From IMG/VR virus record IMGVR_UViG_3300045988_077137: a stretch of DNA of 64,000 nucleotides; one strand, written 5' to 3'. Source of the stretch: a virus. Numbering within the stretch: the stretch's first letter is position 1; the number at the start of each line of letters is the position of its first letter. Positions 54,039 through 62,604 of the stretch are shown here, in pieces. A program made the position numbers and the translations under genes. Under the pieces are notes generated by a model. The model saw only the letters and a list, made by a program, of their open reading frames with translations, was not told where the DNA came from and ran no database searches.

Positions 54039-54302
54039 ATATAGGGAATTTACTACTTTTGCGCAAGCCTTTCGAGGTTAAACATTGTTGGAAAATAAAG
54101 GAAAGTGCCTTAATACTCGAAGAATCGCCAATTCAATAAAAGTACAAACGAGGCACAGAGGGCAACCTATATCAAGTGGGCTGCTCATCTGTGTGTTTGT
54201 ACAAGCGTTTGGCGATGCTTTCGAGTTTACACAGGTGGCAGTCCACTTTCTTTATTATATAACGTTCTCATAGACTGTCGGGAACTCGAAAAATTCGCCA
54301 TT

Positions 54303-54827
54303 ATGAAAAAGTATTTCGTTCTACCAATTATTGTAGCAGTTTTAGCTATCGGATTGCAATCGTGTTCTAAGCCAAATCCTGAATCTATGTCTGAAATCGT
54401 ACTTGAAACTATTAGTATCTATAAATCCGGTGGAGATTACTTAGGTTACATTGAAAGCCTTGAAAAGAAATATAAATGTGTTGATTATAAGGATTCCTTA
54501 AAGTTGGAAATTTCTTCAGACACAAAGATTGTTCGTAAAATGTTCACATCAGAAGATGAAAAGGTTAAAGTTCGGTTGACAGGAACAGAAGACAGTGATT
54601 GGCGTGACTTGGAGTTCATAATTTATCCTCTTACTGAAACATCTGAAAGTTATTCTGTGGACAAATGCTACAAGGAAATCAAGGAAAAGGCTAAGGAACA
54701 CAATGTCTTCTATTATTCCCTGTATCTTTATAGATACGAAGTGCCTAATTCTGTTGGAAAAATCAAGGTAGATGATGTGGAAACTCCTTTTTTCAAAGGA
54801 CTTAGATTTTATAACAAAAAACAATAG
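54303..54827 (+). CDS. Cargo lipoprotein
   Basis: 174 aa. MKKYFVLPIIVAVLAIGLQSC is a signal peptide plus lipobox. Hairpin AGCCGGA-6 nt-TCCGGCT plus a T-run lies downstream (54877-54905). Confidence 0.6.
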   Translation: MKKYFVLPIIVAVLAIGLQSCSKPNPESMSEIVLETISIYKSGGDYLGYIESLEKKYKCVDYKDSLKLEISSDTKIVRKMFTSEDEKVKVRLTGTEDSDWRDLEFIIYPLTETSESYSVDKCYKEIKEKAKEHNVFYYSLYLYRYEVPNSVGKIKVDDVETPFFKGLRFYNKKQ

Positions 54828-54834
54828 TACCGTT

Positions 54835-55206
54835 TTATTGCTTTAGCATCCTGTTAAAACTATTCAAATCAGCCGGACTAAGTTCCGGCTTTTTTATTAG
54901 TCCGTTTTTAGAGTCTATAAGCAATGGCAATGCCTCTGCGAGTAACATCTTAAAGCCTCGTTTGGTTTTCGCTTTAGACGATTTGTAGAGGTGATTTATT
55001 ACGGTAAACTTGTAACCTTTACCGAGCCAGTCCCAAGTGAATACATATTGTTGTGGAATGTTCTCAATAGACAGGTCATTGAAATATGTATCAATAATAA
55101 GTTGTACACCCTCTGTCCTTATGGCTACTGCTTCATCGAACATTTCAATATAGGGGACAATGATTGTTCCAAGTTTAAATTCTGTTGATTCTTTTCTTCT
55201 TTTCAT
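54835..55206 (-). CDS. Cargo hypothetical protein abutting the transposase gene
   Basis: 123 aa. ATG at 55206 is 1 nt after the transposase stop. Confidence 0.5.
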   Translation of the reverse strand: MKRRKESTEFKLGTIIVPYIEMFDEAVAIRTEGVQLIIDTYFNDLSIENIPQQYVFTWDWLGKGYKFTVINHLYKSSKAKTKRGFKMLLAEALPLLIDSKNGLIKKPELSPADLNSFNRMLKQ

Positions 55207-55207
55207 C

Positions 55208-56155
55208 TTAAGCCGCTGATTTTCTGATTTGCTTGTATGTATAACGTGTGTCAGCGCAGCAGAGGAAGCAGTTAAATCGGTCTGAATTGCTGATGTCCCT
55301 CAGATTGTACCTATACACGAACTCATCAACGTATTTCTGTAAATACTTTTTAAGCAGAGTTCTGTATGTCCCTTTGACCATACGCTTGAAATGCGTCCAA
55401 GCACCTTCAATTCTATTAGTCGTTATGCTGTCATAACTATATAGTTTCTTACTGTGGTCTACATAGTAACGTTCATAGCTTTTTCCGATTTGATTGTAGG
55501 CATCGTTTTCATCTGTGTAAATAATAGCGTTGGGATGTACAAATTCTCTGATAAATGCAGAAAGGGTGTTGGCTTTGGTGTCAGGTGTTACCCGTGCATT
55601 CATCAGATTTTCCCGTTGTATCATTCCAACGACAGGTGCTTTATCCTTATGTGAACGTCCCTGTGAATGAGGCACTTTCTTGTCCCAATGACGATTACCG
55701 TTTCTTCCACCAACAAGGGTTTCGTCTATTTCAACAGCTTCTTCTAAGAAGTTCTCATTGGCGAGACGCATTGCGTGACGTATTTTATGCAACATATACC
55801 ATGCTGTCTTTTGCGTGACTTCTATATCGCTTGCAAGTTGGTAGGAGGAAAGACCTGTTTTGTGATTGGTTACGAGCCAAATGGCAATAAACCATTTACG
55901 TAAACTAATTTTTGTCTTTTCAAACATGGTTCCAGTACGGACGGTAAAGTTCTTACCTGTATTCTTGCAGCGATATTTACCGCTTTTCAATTTGTAGACC
56001 TTTGAAATTTTGTCAAATGGCGAAACGGGTTTGCCGTGCCAATTTATAGCTTCAAGATGTTTGATACAGGCTTCTTCCGTAGGAAATAATTCGTAAAGAG
56101 CCATGATTGATTTAGCATTAAGTTTGAATGGGTCTTTCATAAGGCTGTCCTCCAA
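55208..56155 (-). CDS. IS1595-family (ISXO2-like) DDE transposase
   Basis: 315 aa with an N-terminal Zn-finger/HTH region. VEIDETLVGG, IIYTDENDAY, SITTNRIEGAWTHFKRMVKGTYR and YVDEFVYRYN are typical of IS1595 transposases. Confidence 0.9.
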   Translation of the reverse strand: MEDSLMKDPFKLNAKSIMALYELFPTEEACIKHLEAINWHGKPVSPFDKISKVYKLKSGKYRCKNTGKNFTVRTGTMFEKTKISLRKWFIAIWLVTNHKTGLSSYQLASDIEVTQKTAWYMLHKIRHAMRLANENFLEEAVEIDETLVGGRNGNRHWDKKVPHSQGRSHKDKAPVVGMIQRENLMNARVTPDTKANTLSAFIREFVHPNAIIYTDENDAYNQIGKSYERYYVDHSKKLYSYDSITTNRIEGAWTHFKRMVKGTYRTLLKKYLQKYVDEFVYRYNLRDISNSDRFNCFLCCADTRYTYKQIRKSAA

Positions 56156-56572
56156 ATTTTAATGATGTTACAATTTACAAAAATTGATTGATTCAACAAT
56201 GAGTTCACGGAGAAAATCTTGATAGAAATCTGATAACCTCCTGTGCATATAACGAAAAAGTTGAGGACGGAGTAACTCAATTTACGGTTAAATGATGTGA
56301 AGATGATGGAGGAAAGATACGTTATACAATAAAATAGCCTCTCCGTGGTGTGGAAAGGCTATCAAACTAAATTATTTGCTTAATTCAATATTCATATTCG
56401 AATATTTGAAACTTTGAAATCATTTCAAGAAGTTCGTTTGCTTCTTCTATTGATAGTTCTTCAAACATTTTCGGCACCTCCTTTCACACCGTGAAGATAC
56501 GAAGAATAACCAAGAAGAGCAAATAACAAAATAGAGCCTTTCTTAACGATTGGCTCTATTCTATTTGGAAAA

Positions 56573-56659
56573 CGTTAATAAAATAGAAAAGACTGGTTCG
56601 GGGATTTCCCGACTCCAGCCTTTCTAAGATTTTCCAGTGTAGATATGTATATCAGTACC
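56573..56659. repeat. Right 87-bp terminal inverted repeat
   Basis: Supplies the last 11 sense codons plus the stop of the rad50-like ORF, and a terminator-like hairpin. Confidence 0.95.
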
Positions 56660-58657
56660 TTCTATATAACTGTAACCGTTTTCCTTCACGACGGTGAGAG
56701 TGGTTACACCAGCACGAATATTCATGACGTGACTGATTACATATACAGGATGATGAACGTCGCTCATTGATTCAAGTAGAAGAGCCAAGCCCAACGGGTC
56801 TGTGCCCTCAAGAACCTCATCAATCATTAGGAAGTGAAGTCCTCCCCATTGGTTCGTTCCGTTAATCATTTCCTGAAATGCTTGTATCAGAGCCATTTCA
56901 ATTCTTGCTCTCTCGCCTCCGCTAAACGACCAGAATGATTTATATTCGCCCTCGCCATTGATGACTGATACAGTTATCTCCTCCTTGATTTTCCCTTTCG
57001 CATTTCGCTTGAACCCGTCTATTGATAGGCGAAGTTCTGACCGCTGCTTTTGTAAGGACATATTCGCGAAGTTCTGAATTATCCGTAACTGCTCACAGGC
57101 GAGGCTCATCTTGAATTCCTTGAAACGCAATCCCCACTGTACCATGTCTGATACCTGTTTCTCGCACTCTCCGTATTCCTTGTTTGCCTTTTCGAGTTTC
57201 TTTTTCGTCAGGGCAACAAGACCTTCCAGTTCGGCTTCTTTGGTTTCCATTTCAGCCTGTTCAGCCTTTTCAAGTTGTTCAACCAACTGTTCGCTCTCAC
57301 TGTTACAACGTGATTGAATCCCTTCTTGATGCTTGATATCTTCTTGGTAGGAGGATATCATTTGGTTGCTTCGGGTTATCTCCCCACGGATTTTTGTTAT
57401 CTCTGCTTGAACCTCACGAATGGCTCTGACTGTACCCTGTTCCTGAACACGTATCTTCATGAACTTGTCGTCGTACTTTTTCACTCGTTCCTCAAATGAG
57501 TTAAGTTCTTCCAACGCTGTTTTCGCAAGGTTTTCCTGGGTCTCGGCTTCCTTCTTCTGGCTTTCAATTTTCTTCCGAGTGGTAGGAACATCAACCGTTT
57601 CATCTGATGTCACGAACTCCGTTCCACACTTCGGACACTTTACAGTCCCTTTCAGGATAGCCGTGAGGCGGTTGGCTTCGGCAGTGTACTGTGAGGACAG
57701 TTCCTGTGCTGCTTTACGCTTCTTCCTCGCTGCCTCTACCTTTGTATCAGTCGAAGAACGTTCTTTCGTTAGAGAGTCATATTGAGCCTTATAGTCAATC
57801 GCTTCTAATCCCTCTAACTTCTTAGAGGCTTCAGTGACTTTCTTCTGGTTGTCCTTGATACTCTGTTCAGCCAACTTGATAGCCGTCCGGGAATTCTCAA
57901 TCTTCTTTTCCGCTCCGTCGTACTCCTGTATGACAGCGTCAATTCGTTCGTTTATACGCTCTATAAGTGATTGTCGTTCCTCCTCAAGATTACGTTCTCG
58001 CTCCTCAGCCAACTGTGTCTCATAGACACCCAATTCACCCTCTATCTTTTGAACCTTTCCCAAGGCAACAGCCTTCTTTTCTTCCAACGGCTTAATCTTC
58101 TCTTTGATTACGCTGTCAGAGTCGTCTAACTGTTCAGCCTTAATGAAGCGATTTATCAACGACAGTTTGTCGGAGTTGGATGACGAAACGAATGACTTGA
58201 AATTCTCTTTGTTAAGGATATAGAAACTCTTCAGGTCTTCCGAGGATATACCTATCCAATTCAAGATGTAAGCGTTCCCGTCATTGACGGTTGCTACCTG
58301 TACCGAACCCTCTTCCTCATTAATCATGAGTTCCAATGACGCTGAACCTTTCTGTCTCAGGGTTCTATGTATATTCAGCGTTTCTTTCCGTATCGGGCAG
58401 TAGATGTCAAGCCAGATGTCCGCCTCTTCTTCACCCCACAAGATTAAGTCCCTGTCAAGTGTTTGTTTCTTGAGCGAGTTAGCAAGGATTGCATACGCAA
58501 TCCCTGCTTCCATCGTACTCTTCCCTGCTCCGTTCGTTTCCTTTGACTCTATCTCCGTCAGGTTCTTTCCCTTGATTAAGACAGGCTCATTCACGAACTT
58601 ATGCTTCAGTTCCTTGAATGACAGGAAATTCTTCAAACGCAAATAGGTGAGTTCCAT
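56624..58657 (-). CDS. sbcC: Rad50/SbcC-like recombination ATPase (T4 gp46-like)
   Basis: 677 aa. Walker A NGAGKST, a long coiled coil with a CPKCG zinc hook, signature SGGERARIE, and Walker B LMIDEV. Confidence 0.9.
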   Translation of the reverse strand: MELTYLRLKNFLSFKELKHKFVNEPVLIKGKNLTEIESKETNGAGKSTMEAGIAYAILANSLKKQTLDRDLILWGEEEADIWLDIYCPIRKETLNIHRTLRQKGSASLELMINEEEGSVQVATVNDGNAYILNWIGISSEDLKSFYILNKENFKSFVSSSNSDKLSLINRFIKAEQLDDSDSVIKEKIKPLEEKKAVALGKVQKIEGELGVYETQLAEERERNLEEERQSLIERINERIDAVIQEYDGAEKKIENSRTAIKLAEQSIKDNQKKVTEASKKLEGLEAIDYKAQYDSLTKERSSTDTKVEAARKKRKAAQELSSQYTAEANRLTAILKGTVKCPKCGTEFVTSDETVDVPTTRKKIESQKKEAETQENLAKTALEELNSFEERVKKYDDKFMKIRVQEQGTVRAIREVQAEITKIRGEITRSNQMISSYQEDIKHQEGIQSRCNSESEQLVEQLEKAEQAEMETKEAELEGLVALTKKKLEKANKEYGECEKQVSDMVQWGLRFKEFKMSLACEQLRIIQNFANMSLQKQRSELRLSIDGFKRNAKGKIKEEITVSVINGEGEYKSFWSFSGGERARIEMALIQAFQEMINGTNQWGGLHFLMIDEVLEGTDPLGLALLLESMSDVHHPVYVISHVMNIRAGVTTLTVVKENGYSYIEGTDIHIYTGKS
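56660..56667. repeat. Target-site duplication, right copy (TTCTATAT)
   Basis: Same as 53097-53104. Confidence 0.8.
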
Positions 58658-58658
58658 A

Positions 58659-59621
58659 CTAAATTGTTTTCATGATTTGTTCTTCGATTTCTTCCGCAAG
58701 GTCAATGTCGCTTGAGATTATCTCACGAGCCTTTTCTTGACCCTGTGCCAGCGTCTTTCCTTTGTACTTAAAGAACGAGCCAGCCTTTTCAATGATTCCC
58801 CGTTCAACTCCTACGAGTAACAGTTCCGAAGCCTTATCAATTCCCTCACCGAAGCGAATGTCGAACTCGGCTTTCCTGAACGGAGGTGCAACCTTATTCT
58901 TCTCAACTTTCACCTTGATGTGGTTAGCGGTTTCTTCGCCACGGTCTCCAACTGTACCTGACTTCGCAATGTCCAACACCTGTGAAGAGTAGAAGCCAAG
59001 AGCCTTTCCTCCCGGAGTCGTCTTCGGTGAACCATACACCACACCAATCTTGTCACGATATTGATTGATGAAGATGACCAACTGTTGGTTCAGTTTAATG
59101 TCACCAATCAATCCGGGAAGCCACGTAGCCATAAGCCGAGCCAGCACACCCATCTTAGCATCGCCCACATCGGCTTCCAAATAACATTTAGGGAACATTG
59201 CCGCCACCGAGTCCATCACGATTGCTCCGATTGCTTTCGACTTAACAGCCTCTCTCATGATTTCGAAACATTCTTCCGCAACTCCTGGTTGGCACAGAAT
59301 AAACATCTCCGGAGATATGTTTACCCCCAGTGCTTCTACATAATCCATGTCAATTGCGTTTTCACGGTCTATGTAGAGAACCGCTTTGCCTGTCTGTTCC
59401 TGTATGTTCTTACAGGCTGTCAGAGCCAACGTAGTCTTTCCCGAAGACTCGTAGCCACGCAATTCAATGATACGACCCATCGCATAACCGCCACCAAGTG
59501 CCAAGTCGAGCGACAGGCTTCCTGACGATACGAACTCTACTCCTTGAGTATTGTTTCCCGCCACAACTTCTTTGCCGAACTTCTTTTGTAGGGAGTTCAC
59601 CAAATCTTCTACTCCTGCCAT
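58659..59621 (-). CDS. recA: RecA-family recombinase
   Basis: 320 aa. LSLDLALGGGYAMGRIIELRGYESSGKTTLAL, with L1/L2-like regions. Confidence 0.9.
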   Translation of the reverse strand: MAGVEDLVNSLQKKFGKEVVAGNNTQGVEFVSSGSLSLDLALGGGYAMGRIIELRGYESSGKTTLALTACKNIQEQTGKAVLYIDRENAIDMDYVEALGVNISPEMFILCQPGVAEECFEIMREAVKSKAIGAIVMDSVAAMFPKCYLEADVGDAKMGVLARLMATWLPGLIGDIKLNQQLVIFINQYRDKIGVVYGSPKTTPGGKALGFYSSQVLDIAKSGTVGDRGEETANHIKVKVEKNKVAPPFRKAEFDIRFGEGIDKASELLLVGVERGIIEKAGSFFKYKGKTLAQGQEKAREIISSDIDLAEEIEEQIMKTI

Positions 59622-60643
59622 TGCATTACTTCTTTTAATAGTTTATATCCTTCATCATATTCGTAGCCTTTTTCATCGCAAAATGCTTTGAACTTTTCGG
59701 CTATATCTGTTCCGGACAGTTCCTGAACCACTTCGGCTTCCTCAGCCTCCGTGACTTCAACGTCCGTGTACTTTGCTTTCACTGAGATACCGTGTTCGGT
59801 GAAGACTTTTTTGTTGACAGCCTTAACAGCCTGTTGGTCTCCCACAAGCGTTATCCGAACGTTGACGCCATCTGTGTTCGTTTTAGCGAGTTTTAATATC
59901 TCTTCCTTTGAAGTCTTAAGGACATCAACTTTTATTTCCTTATACGGAACGAATTGAGCCTTTACGAACTCGAAGGACGTATCGCTGTACAATACCGTAA
60001 ATCCCTTCTCCTCATCTTCCCCGAAGTTATTCTGACGGGTACTCGGTAGGTGAAACACGTTGGCTCCTGGTTGTTGAGCGTCATGATAGTGCCCCAGCAT
60101 GACCTTTCCGTACTTTGAGAACAGTTTCAACGGAATTTTGTTATTCACGACCTTCCCGTCATTGTTGATAGAACCCTGTACGGCTGTATGGCTGAACAGG
60201 ATTGATGTCTTACTTTTTGGAGTAGGTAGTTCAGCGAACTTCTCTAACCATACGTCTTGTGCGTAGAATGGCAAGAAGTGACATTCAACCCCTTTCAGGT
60301 CTATACAGGTAGGAATCTCATACAGGTTGAATCCTGGATGGTACTTATACGCTGTCAAGAAACTTTCGTCTGACTCATAGTCAGTCTTATCATGATTTCC
60401 GGGAATACAGAGCAACGTGATACCATGTTCATGATACAGTTCTATCATCTCTGTTAGACAAGTGAGAAGTTCTTGTCGTTGGCTTAATCGTGAGTCGAAG
60501 ATATCCCCAAGCCATATTACAGTATCAACCCCCTGTTCCTGAGCCAACGCAATTTCCTGTTCGGCTATATCCAACAGTTCAAGCGCATTCGCCTCTTGAA
60601 GATGTTTATCTGTACTTATTATTGCGATAGGTTCTTTCCTCAT
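59609..60643 (-). CDS. sbcD: Mre11/SbcD-like nuclease (T4 gp47-like)
   Basis: 344 aa. Phosphoesterase motifs STDKH, GDIFD, GNHD, SHTAV and GHYH. Confidence 0.85.
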   Translation of the reverse strand: MRKEPIAIISTDKHLQEANALELLDIAEQEIALAQEQGVDTVIWLGDIFDSRLSQRQELLTCLTEMIELYHEHGITLLCIPGNHDKTDYESDESFLTAYKYHPGFNLYEIPTCIDLKGVECHFLPFYAQDVWLEKFAELPTPKSKTSILFSHTAVQGSINNDGKVVNNKIPLKLFSKYGKVMLGHYHDAQQPGANVFHLPSTRQNNFGEDEEKGFTVLYSDTSFEFVKAQFVPYKEIKVDVLKTSKEEILKLAKTNTDGVNVRITLVGDQQAVKAVNKKVFTEHGISVKAKYTDVEVTEAEEAEVVQELSGTDIAEKFKAFCDEKGYEYDEGYKLLKEVMQWQE

Positions 60644-60649
60644 TGTCGA

Positions 60650-60690
60650 AATTATTTAAAATGAAAGTCCAAGTGTATAACGCTTGGACT
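60650..60690 (-). terminator. Intrinsic terminator
   Basis: AGTCCAAG-9 nt-CTTGGACT, followed on the minus strand by TTCATTTTAAATAATTT. Confidence 0.55.
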
Positions 60691-60711
60691 CTCACTCTGA
60701 TTACTCATTGT

Positions 60712-62151
60712 TTACTTCTTTTTGTTGCGCATAGCACGGATACGGTCTATCGCACTTTGACCAGATGAACTACCAGCGTCCGAAGCAGGTCTTACTCCTG
60801 GAGTAGGAGCGGGAGTTTCATCTTCAGGTTCGGGGTCGGGTTCATCACCACCGTCATTGTCCCCAGCGTACTCTTCACCACCATCGGAATCACCGTCATC
60901 AGAACCATCCCATCCGGGAACGTGTTCAATATCGTATCCGAGGTCTTCGTGTTTCAGAGCCAACTGATAAGCTTCTTCCAATTCAGCACCCTCGAGGTCG
61001 AGTTCCTCGTATCCTTCACCGTACTGGCGAATGAACTCTTCGTTCACAACTTTCAGTTTCTCTTCGGGTGTGGGTTCGGCTTTCTTCTTTGTAACAGCCT
61101 TTTTCGCTGGAGCCTTTGCCGCAGGGGTTGCTTTCTTAGCAGCCGGAGCCGCAGGTGCTGCAGGCTTCTGTTCCTCTTCACTCGGACCGAAAGGTAGGTC
61201 ATCCGCACCAGACGGTTTTTCGCCTGTCTTCTCTTCAATCATGTTCTGGAGTTCCTCTACCATGTCAAGGAAGTCATCCTGAGCAAAGATTTTGTAAGAA
61301 TTGGCGTCATCGAAGCGTTTCAAACCATCAAGTGCATAGTCGAAGTCACGTTTGCCGTAACAGTCAACATACAACTTCTGAAGACTGGGCAGTCCCTCAA
61401 GTTCCTCAAGAACCTTGTCGGAAACAGCGTTCTTTTCAAAGTAGTCTTCCCATGTCTGTCCTACTTTCAACGGTAACGACTTGAGCGTTTCAACTGTCTT
61501 GTTATTCTCGTCCTTACCACGACTCCACTGAATAGGGAAGCCAGTTGACGGGTCGCTGAACATATCTATCGCAGCCGTGTCGTTCTGAGCACACAGGTCG
61601 GCAGACTCTTTATTCAGTGCTTCCATCTGTTTCGGTTTCAGGCTGTCACGGTAAATCTTTCCTTCGATGAAAGCATAATACACGTATTCCAATTGAGGAC
61701 GAATTCCCGGAACCCACGTACCGTTCTTTCCACCCATACGATAACCCGTAATCGGGTTCAGGAAGCGAGCACGTTCTTCTTTGTCCTGGAACTGTTCAGC
61801 CTGTTCGTAGACACGCTTGATGTACTCTTCGATGATGTCGTACGGATAACCACCGTGAAGCGTCGCCAAGAAGATTTTCTTGTTTGAAATTTTCTTCCCG
61901 ATAACTTTTCCTTCCTTGTCCTTTTCGTCGACTTCACACTTGAGCATCGCTGTCAGCATAGGCACGTAGGGAGAGTCTCCTGGTTCGTGTGCCGGAAGAA
62001 CACGTTTCACGGTGATACCGTCTCTTTGTTTCCAGAACTGAGCATACTCGCCTTTACCACCAAAATACGTGTCATACTGCTTTGTTTGCTGTACCGTCTC
62101 ACTAACAGTTGAGAGCGGTGCTGCCTTCCATTTACTTCTGTCTAATGGCAT
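60712..62151 (-). CDS. Replication-module protein of unknown function (an SSB-like role is only a guess)
   Basis: 479 aa. The C-terminal third is low complexity: an AKP-rich run (PAAPAAPAAKKATPAAKAPAKKAVTKKK) and an acidic run (DGSDDGDSDGGEEYAGDNDGGDEPDPEPEDE). Confidence 0.5.
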   Translation of the reverse strand: MPLDRSKWKAAPLSTVSETVQQTKQYDTYFGGKGEYAQFWKQRDGITVKRVLPAHEPGDSPYVPMLTAMLKCEVDEKDKEGKVIGKKISNKKIFLATLHGGYPYDIIEEYIKRVYEQAEQFQDKEERARFLNPITGYRMGGKNGTWVPGIRPQLEYVYYAFIEGKIYRDSLKPKQMEALNKESADLCAQNDTAAIDMFSDPSTGFPIQWSRGKDENNKTVETLKSLPLKVGQTWEDYFEKNAVSDKVLEELEGLPSLQKLYVDCYGKRDFDYALDGLKRFDDANSYKIFAQDDFLDMVEELQNMIEEKTGEKPSGADDLPFGPSEEEQKPAAPAAPAAKKATPAAKAPAKKAVTKKKAEPTPEEKLKVVNEEFIRQYGEGYEELDLEGAELEEAYQLALKHEDLGYDIEHVPGWDGSDDGDSDGGEEYAGDNDGGDEPDPEPEDETPAPTPGVRPASDAGSSSGQSAIDRIRAMRNKKK

Positions 62152-62178
62152 AATACTAAATTTTTAAAATGTTGATAA

Positions 62179-62505
62179 TTATCTGTTTTCCTTCACTATT
62201 CGTGTAACGTCTTCGAGAAACTTCTGTTCGTAACTCTTAATAGATTCCATCAGTTCGATGATGTCCTCAGCCTCTTGTCCGGCACACTTGTTGGCGATTA
62301 ACTGCAATGCTCTCGGGAGCGTACAACCATAAGCCATGTCGTCCATTTTACCATTAGGATGGCGAGGACTGTTAGACTTCTTTAATTGGTAAACGTCATA
62401 ACTTGATGCGTGACTTTCAACTGGTTTCAGGTAGAATCCGTCTGTGACTTTAATGTAACCTTTGAACTCTTCTACTGCGCTGGATTGAACTGTTTTCTTT
62501 GCCAT
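62179..62505 (-). CDS. Hypothetical protein
   Basis: 108-aa ORF downstream of cassette K. Confidence 0.5.
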   Translation of the reverse strand: MAKKTVQSSAVEEFKGYIKVTDGFYLKPVESHASSYDVYQLKKSNSPRHPNGKMDDMAYGCTLPRALQLIANKCAGQEAEDIIELMESIKSYEQKFLEDVTRIVKENR

Positions 62506-62534
62506 AATTCTAATTATTTGAATGTTTAACTTAA

Positions 62535-62604
62535 ATTTGATGATACAAAGGTAATGGAATCATTCGAATTATCAAAGAAGTTCCCCGAAAATTCTTCGAA
62601 AAAT
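62535..62604 (-). promoter_or_regulatory. Promoter cassette copy K
   Basis: -7 box TACCTTTG (62546-62553). Confidence 0.6.

Larger units (their letters stand above)
53105..56659. mobile_element. 3555-bp IS1595-family transposon-like element with cargo genes
   Basis: Has 87-bp perfect terminal inverted repeats, an 8-bp direct target duplication and an ISXO2/IS1595-type transposase gene. The interior is AT-rich. Removing the element restores a clean rad50-stop/ruvC-start junction. Confidence 0.8.

Noticed and set aside
53105-56659. The 87-bp inverted repeats as the ends of an invertible (flip-flop) segment
   Set aside because: The 8-bp direct duplication outside both repeats, the internal transposase gene and the clean reconstructed empty site fit transposition better. 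Occasional inversion by homologous recombination between the repeats remains possible.
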